Assembly (NCBI RefSeq): GCF_033153115.1
Contig: NW_026889779.1
Coordinates: 19,964,001-20,028,000 of the forward strand
DNA from: Saccostrea echinata
Taxonomy: Eukaryota
Direction of reading: 5' to 3'
DNA length: 64,000 nt
Notes under the pieces: generated by a model
Told to the model about the DNA's origin: nothing
The model's input: the letters and a program-made list of their open reading frames with translations, nothing else
The model's database searches: none
In this document: positions 23,431 through 36,100 of the stretch, one piece after another
How the letters are laid out: every line of letters starts with the position of its first letter
Position numbering within the stretch: position 1 is the stretch's first letter
Made by a program: the position numbers and the translations under genes

Positions 23431-26359
23431 ATATGTTATAGTGAATAGTCCCTTTCAGTACCCACTCATGTGACATTTTAACTTTCAATTTTTTTTTTTT
23501 AAAAAAAAGGGATTTTTGTAAATCAGACCCAAAATTAAGTTGTCTCTAAAATTCAAAATGTACATGTATCTGTAAACTTATAAATGAAAGTAATTTATGC
23601 TGCTCAAATTCAAGTTATTGAATTTGAAATCAATAAAACACTGTTTTCCAAAAAACTGGAAACTAAAACTGGCTTACTAGGACTATATATATAGCCCTGT
23701 GGGGCATTACCAGAAGAGCTCACACCTCTCAAAGCTGAAAGACAGAACTGGCAAATTTTATACCCTTTGCCAATTTTCTCTGTAACAATACCTCTATCAA
23801 GCATGGCTCTCGATAAAATAAAATCTTAATAAACCTTTAGTTTGGAGGATCTTAAAACTTACATGAGGCAATAAGAATGTGTGAATACTCGGGTTTTTCA
23901 TCGGATGAGTATAGTCGGAAACGGATCTGAGTAACAGGCAGATGTTTTTTCTGAGTATCTGTGTCTTGGAGACTGTAGAGGCACTGGTATGTGGATGGGC
24001 TGTAGATCTATAAAATACAACAGACATATTACAGGCACTGGTACGTGGATGGGCTGTAGATCTATAATACAACATGGATAGGCTGTAGATCTGATCTATA
24101 AAATACAACCGACGTATTACATGTCATATTTGAGTATATGTGTACTGGCATATAAATCTACATTGTCAGAAGCCCATATTATGCTACATTTCTTCCTTCC
24201 TTCATCCCAAAGGAGGAGGGAAAACAGTGTATCGACTGTTATATTGGTAAAATTATTGTTTACATTCTACCCAAAAATGGCATTATTTAGAATGTTAAAA
24301 TCTGTGCTGGCCTGGTTCCTAAACTGAAATTCATAAATAAGGCCCTTTAGTAAGAGCACAATGAACACACTTGTCATGTATAAAGAAAAGGATCAAATGT
24401 TCAATAAATCAAGATTATTAAACTTGACAAATAAATCTACATAAACAAATTGTATAATATTACATGTGATTCAAAACATTTCCTTTCAATCATCTGAAAT
24501 TCTATTTTCCATCAAATTAATTGATCTTCTCAAATATTCAGCAATTTAAAAAAAGTAGTTGTTGAAATCCTTGGTACTGTTAACTCAAATTACAGTCTTC
24601 AGAAATTAATCAATTGTTGTATTCATTTACAGACTGTCAAATTTTGTTAAATGTCGCAATATCAGCAATGCTATCTGTGTGAGAACGTACATTTAAGTAT
24701 TACCTCAGTGTACCAGTAATAGTTTAATTCTTGAACTGGTGTATATTGCATTGCAATTATCACAGATATCTTTCTTTTTTTTTGCCAAAAAACCAAAACA
24801 TTTTTTTTTTATTATTTTAAATGGCTTTGAACTGAGATGTCTTCAAATGGTACATTGTTTTTTACAGATCTATTTGGGATCAAAAGCAAGATGTTCTTGT
24901 TGACCCTAAAGCCAGACAATATAAACTGTGTGTTTTGTTTTGAATTAAATCATACACTTATTACAGTCGTTTTAGAAAATCCTCAAATTTCCATGGAAAT
25001 TTGTCACAGTGCATTGAAAGTGCATTTAAGGTGTAATGTCCCTCTGATAAGAGAGATAACTTTCCATTAAGGCATTAATACAAGAAATCTGTGTAATTTT
25101 CTATCTGTGAATGAAAGAGAAATTTTGATTCTATGGAATTATGACTGTGGATAAAAGTTTGTACACAGTATAAGCACCTCACAACCTATTGAAAGTCCAA
25201 GGTTATTGATAGATTTGTAATAATTTCTTTTTTAAAACGTCTGAACTAAAATTTACAATGTGCATGAGAAACTTCAAATTTACTCTTTAAGTGTGGTAAG
25301 ATGAGGACAAAAATTGTCATAACAGTTGTATAATTTTGATCAGTTTTCACATCCTATTTAATAAATGGGCATTCATATTGCCAAACAAATATCTGAATGA
25401 CCCATTTACCAAGTGCCTACGTGACAAAAAGTAGTCATTGTCAATTGATGTACCATGACTGGCTGATTCCCAGGAAAGCATTCTGCGTTCAGGTGCTAAA
25501 ATTATGCTCCTAAAGTGTGCAATGTGCTTTGTTTTAAAGGAAGAGAGGTTAAATTTCAACATCGTAAATTGGGGAACCTTTTTCTGAATTTAATTTCCCC
25601 CCTAATCATGAAGCCAATGTAGATTTCTCCAATGTCAACACAAATTTGCATTGATTCTAAATTAAAAAGAGCTTAATGGTTGATCAATGTAATTCCTGTT
25701 AAGTTAGCAGCTATTGAAAACTTCAAATTTTTACTGACAACATTGTACTGAAGTTGGTTCTGTCTAGCAAGACAAATTACAAGATAAGTGTTGACTTGGG
25801 ATGTTTGTAAAGGAATTCTTTAACCTAGTGAAGGTTGGGAACCTCTATTGGAGGTTCAAGGTTTTTCTGGAACTGCGTCTTACACTTGTCACAAAAAAAA
25901 ATTCTCTGAACTGAAACTATGTCACATCTACTCATCAAACATCTGTTTTAGTTGTTTTAATTTTTTGTAAAAATATCCTACAATATGAAATGGTTTAAAA
26001 GAAAGGTCTTTTCTAACAGAAAATCTATAGTATCCCAGTGAGTCCCAATGTGAAAAGTATTTGGAAAAGATTACTACACTTGAGTTGCTTGAAAGCACTG
26101 GCTAATCCTAACATATGACAATATTAGTGGATCAACAAAACAAAAATCTTATGGTCTAGATCAATATTAACCTTAACCAGCTTAGCCTTGTATTTAAAAA
26201 GGTGTCAAAATGTTTCCATCTCTAATTATATAAAAAGGAAACTCTCAAATATGAGATAGCTGCAACCTTTCAAAAACTAAATTGAAAAATTTACACTTTA
26301 AATCACTCAGGAATTATAATGGAAACCCTTAATGTTGTTTCTATTAAAGTTCTTTCAAT

Positions 26360-26431
<72 letters not shown>

Positions 26432-29400
26432 AAGCACACATTTTCATGGGGATAAAATTTCATTGATTTGTAATCTAAAAAGGTTTCGTGGGCATTAAAT
26501 TTCATTGTTTCGTAAGTAACCCTATTCAATATATAGTCATACAAAAAATTCGTGTTGGATTTATTTTCGTTGATAATTGTTAACAACGAAATAAACAAAA
26601 TTTAATCCACCACGAATATTTCTGCTTTTACAGTATATAGAACTTAATACATGTACCCAGTACTTAATACATATGTAAGTACTTATGAGTGAAAAAAAAA
26701 ATTATGCAGTTTACAAACCCTAATTATATATTCTCTCTTAAAACATCTGTCACTAGAATGTTTGCATGCATGGTCTTATTTAAAAGCATTAGGATACAGG
26801 TATTTGAGCTTTAAGAAGTCAAACAGACAAGAGAGCAAGATCTTAAAGGTCTGGCAAGCATTTAATTTTGTAATAAAGTTATCCAGACTGAAAACTAATC
26901 TTGGAGCCTATTTAAACATCCTAAAGAAAGTCACCCAAGCCGAAACAATAAACATATCACTCTGACTGAATTAAAATTCTTATCTAAAAGATGGCACTGA
27001 CAAAAATAAAAACATTTTTCAAGGGTGTTTTCAACATTTGGTCACCATACATGATGATCTTTCATTGAGCACTACCAAAATTAAGCTATTTAACAACTGG
27101 CATATATCTTTTGCAAAAATTATAATTCAATTTTATAGTGTACCAAAAAATATATTATTGTGCAGCTATTCTACATTTTTTGCAACTTTACAAAATGATA
27201 TTTCAATACATTAATAAAAATATTTGTTACAAAAAATTGGTTCCTGTATAAATCTATACTTAAAAAAGTCTAACATTTCCAATGTTTTACTGAGGGTCAT
27301 GAAAAAAATTGATGTTTGACCTCAGAGTGAGATATTGGACCTGTCGATGAGATATTGGACTGCTTAAGTCACACTGTGGGCGGGAACAGCTAAATCTTAT
27401 TTGCATGCATTGGTGATGGACAGTGACAGAATTGACCAAGTTTTAGTACAGGTAAAGGAAATCTACATCATGGAAGCCAGCACAAGATCCATGTATGTCA
27501 AAAAATATGAGGTATAACAAAACATTTATTGACTGTGTTCTCAGGCAAAACGCATGTTGCCCTCGAACCCACTCAATAAATGTAATACATAATTGTATAG
27601 GACTTGCACAAAAAATGTTCTAGTATACTCTGTGGGACCTCCTTTTTCTTATTGAAGATTACACATATGCACAATGTAACTGCTGTTTAACTATAGAATA
27701 TTTATTAGACAAATCTATTATACTAAATTAATTTTTTTTTCAGTTAAGGAGTATGTGGCTCCATCAATCATGCATTGCAGTCACAATGATGCAAAAAGCT
27801 ATTAGCAATTGTTTCTGCCATGAAAATTCTTAATCTAACTGTACATAGAACCCAAGTGGAGAATATGAAATATTCATAGCTGTTTTCATTAAATGAACCC
27901 ATTAAATAAATTACACTGTTGCTGAGAAGTTTAAGTGAGGGACACCTCCACATATAATCAATAACTATTTCTGAATGCTAATTAAAGCAATACATCAATC
28001 CACATCAATAAATACTGTACAAAATACAGGTATTCAGTATAGGTGAATGGTCTACATTTGAGGCAGTCAGGTAGGTTCCATCACCGTGGCCAAATAGCAT
28101 GGCCTGGGTTCGAATCCTGGTCCGGTCTTTTACATTCTTCTCCCTCTTCCGTCAATTTCATAAAAATGCAAGCAGTAAGTAAAAAGTACTTCATAAATGT
28201 ATGTGAAACTCAGAAAAAAATTGTAATGAAAGTTAATTTGGAAGTTGGAACATCTTGGTAATTTTGATAAAAATGTCCTTAATTGTAGATTTATTGTTCT
28301 GCTATCCTTTAGCACAAGTAATCTGCATTGTCATGTTAATTCTAACTGATGCATTCACTTGAGGCCTGTAAACTACCACAACATATATCATACCAGGTAA
28401 AAGAAATCTTGCTATGAAACATCGATTAACAACTAGCTGTATACATATTTTATAACAAAAGGCATATCTAACACGTACAATACACAGTAACTTTAAATCC
28501 TTTACCTTGACAGATCCATCAATTAAACCAACTGCTAAGTGTTGTCCATCTGGACTAAATCTACAGCACATCACATCTGTGCTACAGTCACTGAAAGCAA
28601 AATTTAAAGACAATGTAATTTCATAGGATACTACCTACCACACAAAAAAATCATTCAATTACAAGGAGACAATGTAAATGTACAATTGTAATCTGTATGT
28701 TATCTCTGTAAGTAAAGATTGCTGTGAAGAACTGACACATTTTTGCATTACAGTGCATCATCAATTAAAAGACGAGTACAGTACATACACATACATAAAT
28801 GTTTTATTACAATTTGTGTGTGAAATGTGTAGTGCTTTATGATGCAGTTATTGAAACATGAAATACAAGCATTTTTATGGAGATAATTGTATTCATATGA
28901 GAAAAACAAATGAGGACTTTAGAACTTATTAATTATAATCAAATTTCATTGAACAATTAATGTACTGTAACTAGTTAACATACTGTATACTGTACAATTT
29001 TTGCCCCCCCCCCCCCTTCCCACTTTATACCCTCTTCACAAACATCCTTGATTCTATATTTTTTCAACAGTTACAAGCCATGAAAGAGCCTGAAGTGAAT
29101 ATGAGTTGGTGGACTGTTTTGTATGGATGTGTTGTAGGAAAAAGGATTAGTGTAAGAAAAAATATCCCATATAAATACTATATGGGTGATCGTAATTAAT
29201 GTCTGCACTCAAAAGTTTGTTGCTATTATTTTTTAATTAATATGGGTATTTTAGTGTGTAATATTAATGAAGAATACTGTGATTTGATTTACATTCAGTT
29301 TGAATCAGTAGTTGATTGGTGCAGGGTATATTACATGAATGACAAGAATCCAAAGGTAAACTTTCCAAGTTAAAAAAAAATCAAAAAAAAAAAATCATTT

Positions 29401-29843
29401 TTTTTGTTTAGTAAGATAATATACAAATTGGTATAAAAAGACAAGTATAGATCCTAAAGAACATTAAAATACCACTGAAAACAAAAATGAGAAGTTCTCC
29501 TTAAAATCAAATTACTCTCTCTACATTCATTTATAATACAAATGTTGTCAAAATAAACGGTTATGTTTGATATTTTACGCAGTGTATTTATTAGGACTAA
29601 TTTTCAAAACAAGAAATAATAGTAAAGAAGATAATTGGGTAATAAAATTCATAACCATATGATACTCGAAATTTTATAACTTAAATTACTGAAAGAGAAG
29701 TCCATCAAACTTAAAACTTACATTGTACCAATCAGTTTTAGATTTCCCTCTAAATAAGGTCCAGTACGCGCATTTTCACTAAAATCTACAGACTCTGTGG
29801 CATTTGAAACCACGCTTGTCCGTCGGTTGTTAACAATAAACAT
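15387..29843 (-). CDS. WD40-repeat beta-propeller protein, 10 coding exons, 358 aa, uncharacterised
   Basis: Exons 29843-29722, 28590-28506, 24007-23863, 22914-22725, 21345-21237, 20791-20760, 20458-20359, 19164-19099, 18868-18776, 15521-15387. All introns are GT-AG and phase-consistent (1077 nt). Start context is ACCACCATG. WD motifs include RFSPDGQHLAVGLIDGSVKIY, GLVKFWH, GHHFRVFAAQYHP..FISGGWDNTVHFWD and ILTGSW..LQIWD. Confidence 0.9.
15995..17318 (+). mobile_element. HINE/pearl-like element with internal tandem array of ~120-150-bp ttgacctt-rich cores
   Basis: 5' tttttatgccccacc subterminal repeat, gtct microsatellite, about 8 core units, then 3' ggtggggcat followed by the hairpin atgtcctatggccat. 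In WD40 intron 9. Confidence 0.8.
17540..17830 (-). mobile_element. internally deleted HINE/pearl-like element
   Basis: gcccatgggc palindrome plus gctcacctga at the left end; tgagcctttgactcaggtgagcttaaaa at the right end. Confidence 0.6.
17890..18800. repeat. degenerate ~40-bp minisatellite derived from the WD40 exon 9 donor junction
   Basis: Variants of ttctrctyrgtacttacatttaatgtycccctatcartaa recur at ~18005, 18092, 18362, 18490, 18524 and 18719, and at the true junction 18759-18799. Confidence 0.65.
19686..20112. mobile_element. hAT-type MITE with 8-bp TSD, nested in an older MITE (~19595-20185)
   Basis: agaataag|tagggctgaaacgat ... atcgtttcagccctt|agaataag. Confidence 0.85.
20438..20610. 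repeat. 71-bp tandem repeat overlapping the WD40 exon 7 acceptor
   Basis: tggtccact recurs at 20443, 20514 and 20585 with near-identical intervening sequence. Confidence 0.9.
21573..22590 (-). mobile_element. HINE/pearl-like element, inverted copy of 15995-17318
   Basis: Both ends and the core array are the reverse complement of the intron 9 copy (aactagaaatatgtccataggacatgaatgcccc ... catattcatggcggggcaaaaa). In WD40 intron 4. Confidence 0.85.
26363..26424. repeat. (TA)n microsatellite
   Basis: About 30 consecutive TA units. Confidence 0.95.
26423..26635. mobile_element. TA-flanked ~210-bp MITE (Tc1/mariner-type ends); similar decayed elements at ~37150-37365, 37849-38070, 40562-40772, 42321-42525 and 47187-47405
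   Basis: tactgtagaagcacacatttt ... aatatttctgcttttacagta. Confidence 0.6.
28039..28150 (+). mobile_element. possible tRNA-derived SINE head remnant
   Basis: B-box gggttcgaatcc at ~28106-28117; no complete cloverleaf is visible. Confidence 0.3.
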
Positions 29844-30195
29844 GGTGGTGTGTTTATGTCCGTCAAAACATTAGTATGTGGAGAGAAACAATCGTCTGCT
29901 CCCTGCTATAGTCTTTGCTCCTGCTTGCCTTCTTGGTTGGCTATGTAAACTATGCAGTACCGCACTGAAGGCAAAAATTCCTGAGGACTAAATAAATAAA
30001 TTCGGATAAAAACGTAAATGTAATTGCCAAACAAATACAAATAACTGTCAAAATAAAGCTTTATTGATATGAAAGATTTTAATATAAAATCTTATACGAG
30101 CAAAACAAATATTTTAGATCAATATCAGAGCTCTGTGTTTCAAGGATGTTAAAGATCCATAAAAAAAGAAATCTTTGGTTAAGGGAGATTTAAAA
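29844..30195. promoter_or_regulatory. bidirectional promoter region shared by the WD40 gene and SETD6
   Basis: The divergent start codons are separated by only 352 bp. Confidence 0.7.
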
Positions 30196-33100
30196 ATGGC
30201 AACTCCAGCAAAGAGGCCACGTGAGGAAAATGAACCAAATGTTGATCAAAACACAAATGACAGTGTATACGCAAGTAATAAATCTGACTGCAGAAAGAGA
30301 GCAGCTGCATTTCTCAAGTGGTTTTCTTCTAATGCTGATAATTATTTCAATGAAAAGGTAGTCAGCCTTGAAATACTGGTACAGTTATGCTTATCTGGTA
30401 CCGAATTTTCTCTTACGAAGCTTTAAGTTAACAGGTCCGGCACAATCACTTGATTTAGCTATATAGCTTGATTTAGCTATATAGCTTTATTAAGCTATTC
30501 AGAATAGCTTGATTTAGCTATTTTGTCACACTTTTTTCTTAAATGTGCTATTTTCTCAGCATCTACAAAAAGTCGCACCTTGGTGCAGTGATAATATTCA
30601 ACCTTGAACTCTTCTGAAAATAATGCATGTAAAAATCACTCATCAAATTGTGTCTCCTTAAGAGACTTTGTACTCAAAGTTCTAAATGTTTTGAGGCTAT
30701 ATAAAGCAATTGATACAGTTACTTCTGCAATGAAATTATAAAGGAGGCCAATTATGGTCAACAAGATAATTGATTGGTAATAATTCAGTACAATGACAAG
30801 CAATCATACTTATCCATGCCTCAGCGCACACAAGGTAGTGTACAGTTACTCAAACAATGGAAATACATCTTTTGCTTAAAAGTATTCAAATGTTGCAATG
30901 TTAGAACTATCTTCGATTTCAGTTGTTGTTTTGTTAGCCCATAGTACATATATGAATAGTCAAATACTTGCGACTTTTTGACTATTTCTTGCAAAAAACA
31001 TGTTTGTGAAAAACTGTATAAAAATAGCTTTATCAAGCTATTTTGAATAGCTTAATAAAGCTATATGGCTATTTCAAGCTATATAGCTAAATCAAGAGAT
31101 TGTGCTGGACCTGGTTAATTCATTATACATGTTATATACCTAAAGCAAATCGCCTTAGGTCTATGTTTATTTGAATTATCTGATTTATTAGAATACAGTG
31201 GCGGATTACAAAGTTTATTAGATAGCAGTCATTCCTCCCCTAAAATTTTACTTTTGACAAAAATCAAAAGACTTCTCCATGTTCTATATGAGTCTCTATT
31301 TCATCTCCAGTAAAGATGTTATCTACCACATATTGAAATTTGTTTAACTATTATGAATACTAGAATTGAAATTTTAATACATAATAAGAAGAAATGTAAC
31401 CAATGTACTCTAAAATACTCCAATCAGCAATGTACTCTTGAGCACACTGTACATATACCCAGTAGTTCTAATGTTTCACAAAAAGTTTTTTTTTAATTGC
31501 TTGGTAAATGTACACTGCATGAGAAGATTAAGTCAATGTCATTCATGATAATCACTCCAGGTTACCATTGGACCAGATGGTTCTTGTGCTCAGAATGGCA
31601 TGGTCGCTCTTAGTGACATTGATGAGGGAGAATGTCTTTTCCGGATTTCCAGAAAAATTCTTCTACATCCAAAGACTTGCAGCATTTCAGAATTACTTGA
31701 AGAAGGTAAGAGCATATATTGCATTGTACTAACATATTAAATAATCAACTGTGATACATTGGTAGCTTAGATAGGCATGAGAGATGCAAATCATCACCCC
31801 CACCCCACTTTGACTTTTTCAAATGTATATTACTGATAAACATCTAAGCCATATATTATCCCATTTAAAAGCAAAAGAAAATATTTTTTATAAGTAATAA
31901 TGCAGAAGTATAAAAAAAAGTTAACTTATTTACTACATATCACTATCACAGGAAGTAACAAAATTGCATCAGATTTAGAAGTCTACCCCAAGTATATCTT
32001 TGCTAGCCCAGGATAATAAAGGGACGAATGGATCATCACCATTTCCAAGCTTAGCTAGATGATATCCATGCAACAATTGAATAATTTTTTTTTGAGGCGC
32101 ATCGCTATCTGCGATGTAGCCTCATTGCTGATGACCCCCACTCTTTCTTTCAATTACTGAGGCGACGAAGGACTCCACAATATTGATTCTAAATACATTA
32201 TTGAAAATAGTGCAAATGTATATTTACAAGATGGTGATATTCACTGTCTATTTTTAAATATTAAATAACATAAAATCTCACATTTATATGTTGTTTATAC
32301 TTTGAAAGCAACAAAGATAAAAAAGAAAAAAAAAACAAACAAAAACCGAGAAAGAGAGAAAACAACGACAAATATGTGCGCTACGCAGATTAAGATCTAT
32401 TTGCATCACAACAGCTCGTACTATAAATTATTAGGCCTTGTTAGGGGACATTGCTTGTACGAATATCTGAGAAAAATGTACAATAATTTTATTTGATAAA
32501 GCATCACTAACAATAGGAACAAGATGGTTATTTTTATAGAAATAGAAGGAATATTATTTGTTCACTCATTGAAACGAATAGTAAGATGTCCAACTGAATA
32601 AATTTTAACAAGCGCCACCTTTCGGGAAAAAAATTCCCCGTGTTACACGAAACGGTGAAATGACCGGTTTTTGGTGAAATGTTGGTTGAATATCATGAAA
32701 TGACTAATAATAAAAAACAGCAGTGACTGTGGATTCAATTTATAGGATTATTAATACCTTATAAACTTAGATGTTTTGAGTACAATCCTTACCGCTAAGG
32801 TTTTATAGCTAATTTTATTGGAAATATCGGAAATCGGCCGAAATTTAAGGGGTTTCCTAGTATATACCGTATACCATGCCCGATTGTTGTTTTTTTTTCA
32901 GTCTCGTATTATTTATATGAACATTTCATGAATCACTATGGTTTACGTATTCATGGTATTATGCCATTTTGATTGAGAAAACTAGTCTAAGACAAGTATT
33001 GATATTTTAAAAAAGTGCACATAAGGAAAGAAACTGAAAAAAAAAATCAGATATGAAATTGTGTAGAATTACTCAATAATCAATCATTTCTAAATTCTCA

Positions 33101-36100
33101 TTCATTATTTCATCTTCCTACTGTGATTATAATTAAATAATAAAAATAAAAAAAATAAATTATTATAATTTATAAAATTATAAATTTATTTAAATATCGA
33201 TGAATTATAATTGATATATCAGACTATCTTTAAGTTTAAACAGAGACATAGCTTTAGAGAAATATTTGTTTGCCCTCTCCCGACCGACTGGTTAAAAATG
33301 CCATATGACTCAAAACTTTTTTAACCTCAGAGAAACAATATTTTAATTTTTATTTTCATTCCTGATTTTTTTCATTCCCTCAACATGTATGATGAATTTT
33401 TCTGAGAAAAAAATTCGAGTTTTCTATCTTCAATGTGATGCGCCTCTCAGGCCTTCAGGCCTTTGATTTCAATTTTATATGAGATGCTGTAAACATACTT
33501 TTTCCTAGCTTAGATGATATCCATGCAACAATTGAATAATTTTTTTTTTTCAATTTTATATGAGATGCTGTAAACATACTATTTTGTTTAGGTAAAGCAT
33601 ACAGTATTAAATAACCACTTTCAAATGATGTATTAAGTTGTTGGATGTTTCTCAGAGTTCTCTCTGCCAACATTAAAATTAAATAATGTTGTAGAGCTGC
33701 ATTTTTATGCCCCCTTCGAAGAAGGGGGGGCATATTGCTTTGCTGCTGTCTGTCTGTCTGTCCACCAACAGTTTCCGTTCATCTTCTTCACAGAGGTTGT
33801 ACATACTGAAAGGAAATTGGTATACAGATTTATCATAAAAATATCTAGGTCAAGTTCTGTTTGGGTATGATCAAGCAAATTTTTACAGAGTTATGCCCCT
33901 TGGACTTAGAAAAATTCCAATTAATTGGGAAGGGGGGATAAGTGTTTCACAAACATCTCTTGTTCAGATAAAAATATATCAATTTGAATGAAATCTTATT
34001 TTTGGAACAAAAAGAGTTTATTTCAAGCAAGAATATGAAAAATTATATATTAATAATATAGTAAATTTACATTGAATTCACTAGGATGTAGAAAATCTTC
34101 CTTTTTGTTAAAATCTTGTGTGCTGCAAAATGGTAACTAAGCAGGCCATCTTGGATTTGGTACTTAGCATCAGATATTTATGCTAGCTCTCCCTATGTAG
34201 CAGCTAGGCTAGCTTAATGTTCAAGATTGTAGCTTTACATAGAGGCTAAGTAGCGGCTTTGCTCTTGAATGCACCCCTGATCTTCTCTGTTTTAGACCCT
34301 GTTAACAGTGAGAGTGGGTGGTCAGAACTGCTGATTTCTATGATGCATGAATATAATGCCCAGAAGTCACAGTGGAAACTATACTTTGATGTTTTACCAG
34401 AATCAGTTGATTTACCAATGTTTTGGACAAAGTAAGATTAAGACAAATTTCATTAAAATTATTGGAAACCATTTTTATAGCAGTCATGTCAGAGGAAACA
34501 GTTCTCTTTCAGAGAAGACATACTTTCATTCTTATATATGAATTTTCTGACAAAAGTCAAATCTTGATTTCTCTAGATAATTATTATTATTGTATTATTA
34601 ATAGAATCTGGCAAAGATATCAGGCATTGATTTAAGAGACTCTGGCCTTTTCATTTAGATAACCAGAAATTTTGATAATAATTGTTGTGTATAATTTTGT
34701 AAATAGAGAAGAGAGGGAGCCGTTATTGACAGGAACAGGAGTAGTGGAGGCAGTGAACCGTGACATCAACAAAATCCATAAGGAATTTGAAGCAATTGTC
34801 TCCCCTTACATAAAAAAGCACAAAGACATCATCAGGTCTGGATCACATTCATACTAGTATTGATGATTTGCAATGTCTAAAAATGGAGTGTGTTCAAGGG
34901 GAACAACTCCTAATACAATTAATACATATATCAATTATACTTACAATATGCCACTTTATTTTCATCTGTACAATCAAAGTTTTGATTTAAAAAACAACAG
35001 TTATCTTGATTGATATTACATGTATTTTCTTGAAGTCCAGGATGTGACGACATAGATTTATACAAAAAGATGGTGTCCTATGTGATGGCCTACAGTTTCA
35101 CAGAGCCACCAAAGGATGATGACAGCGATGATTTAACTGAAGAGGAGGAGGAAGAAGAAAAGTCAATCATTTATATGGTCCCCATGGCTGACATGTTAAA
35201 CCACATAGCCAAGAATAATGCTCATTTGTCTTTTAAACCTGATTGCTTAGAAATGATTTCTACTAAGGCAATTAGCAAGGTAAGGAAGTTGTTAAATGTT
35301 AATAAAATATCTTTTGATAAATACATGTGAATAAACTGGTTTATGGTAAGGCACACACCATTTTATTGATTGTGTAGTCATATTCTGCTAAATTTCTAAT
35401 TGAACTTTTTTTTTATTTAGGGAGAGGAAGTGTTTAACACCTATGGAGAGCTTGCTAACTGGCATCTTCTCCACATGTATGGATTCTCAGAAGCTTATCC
35501 TGAAAATCACTATGATACAGTAAGATTATGAGTTACTGTTTTTGACAGAGGTGTTTATTATATTCAGACTTATTCTACTGTAATTTTTGGATGATAGGTT
35601 GATACTTTTTTTCTCAGAACCATTGGGGTCACCCTGTTTAACAAATCGACCTTTGTAAGGCTCTCATTAATGAAAAATGCCCCCAAATCATAAAATTTAC
35701 GTAAATTTTAAAGCAAGTCTATGGCATTTTCGTAACTTTTTTAATCATTTTACTGAGAAAAAATAATAAACAATCAACAATTAAAGATATATTTCAATGA
35801 TGTCTTACAAATTAACTTCCATTAAATATTCATCGATGTACAAAACTAAACTTATTTAATCACCTCGTAAATATGTCTCATCAAACTTCAAAGTATATTT
35901 AACAACATGCTTTCTGCATCCATCTTGTGAAGTTGAAAGTCGCAATTGTTCACTAAAAATAAAATCGCAACCATATTGACATTTAAAATACAGATAGTTT
36001 TCAAAATTGCTATTGGGAAAATAATTGTCATCTTTTTTATGTGTCATGTGTAAATTGAAATAATTGACTTAGAAACATGATACATTGATTTGTACTTAAA

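Noticed and set aside
28039-28130. tRNA gene
   Set aside because: Only a B-box/T-arm is recognisable; no acceptor or anticodon stems were found.
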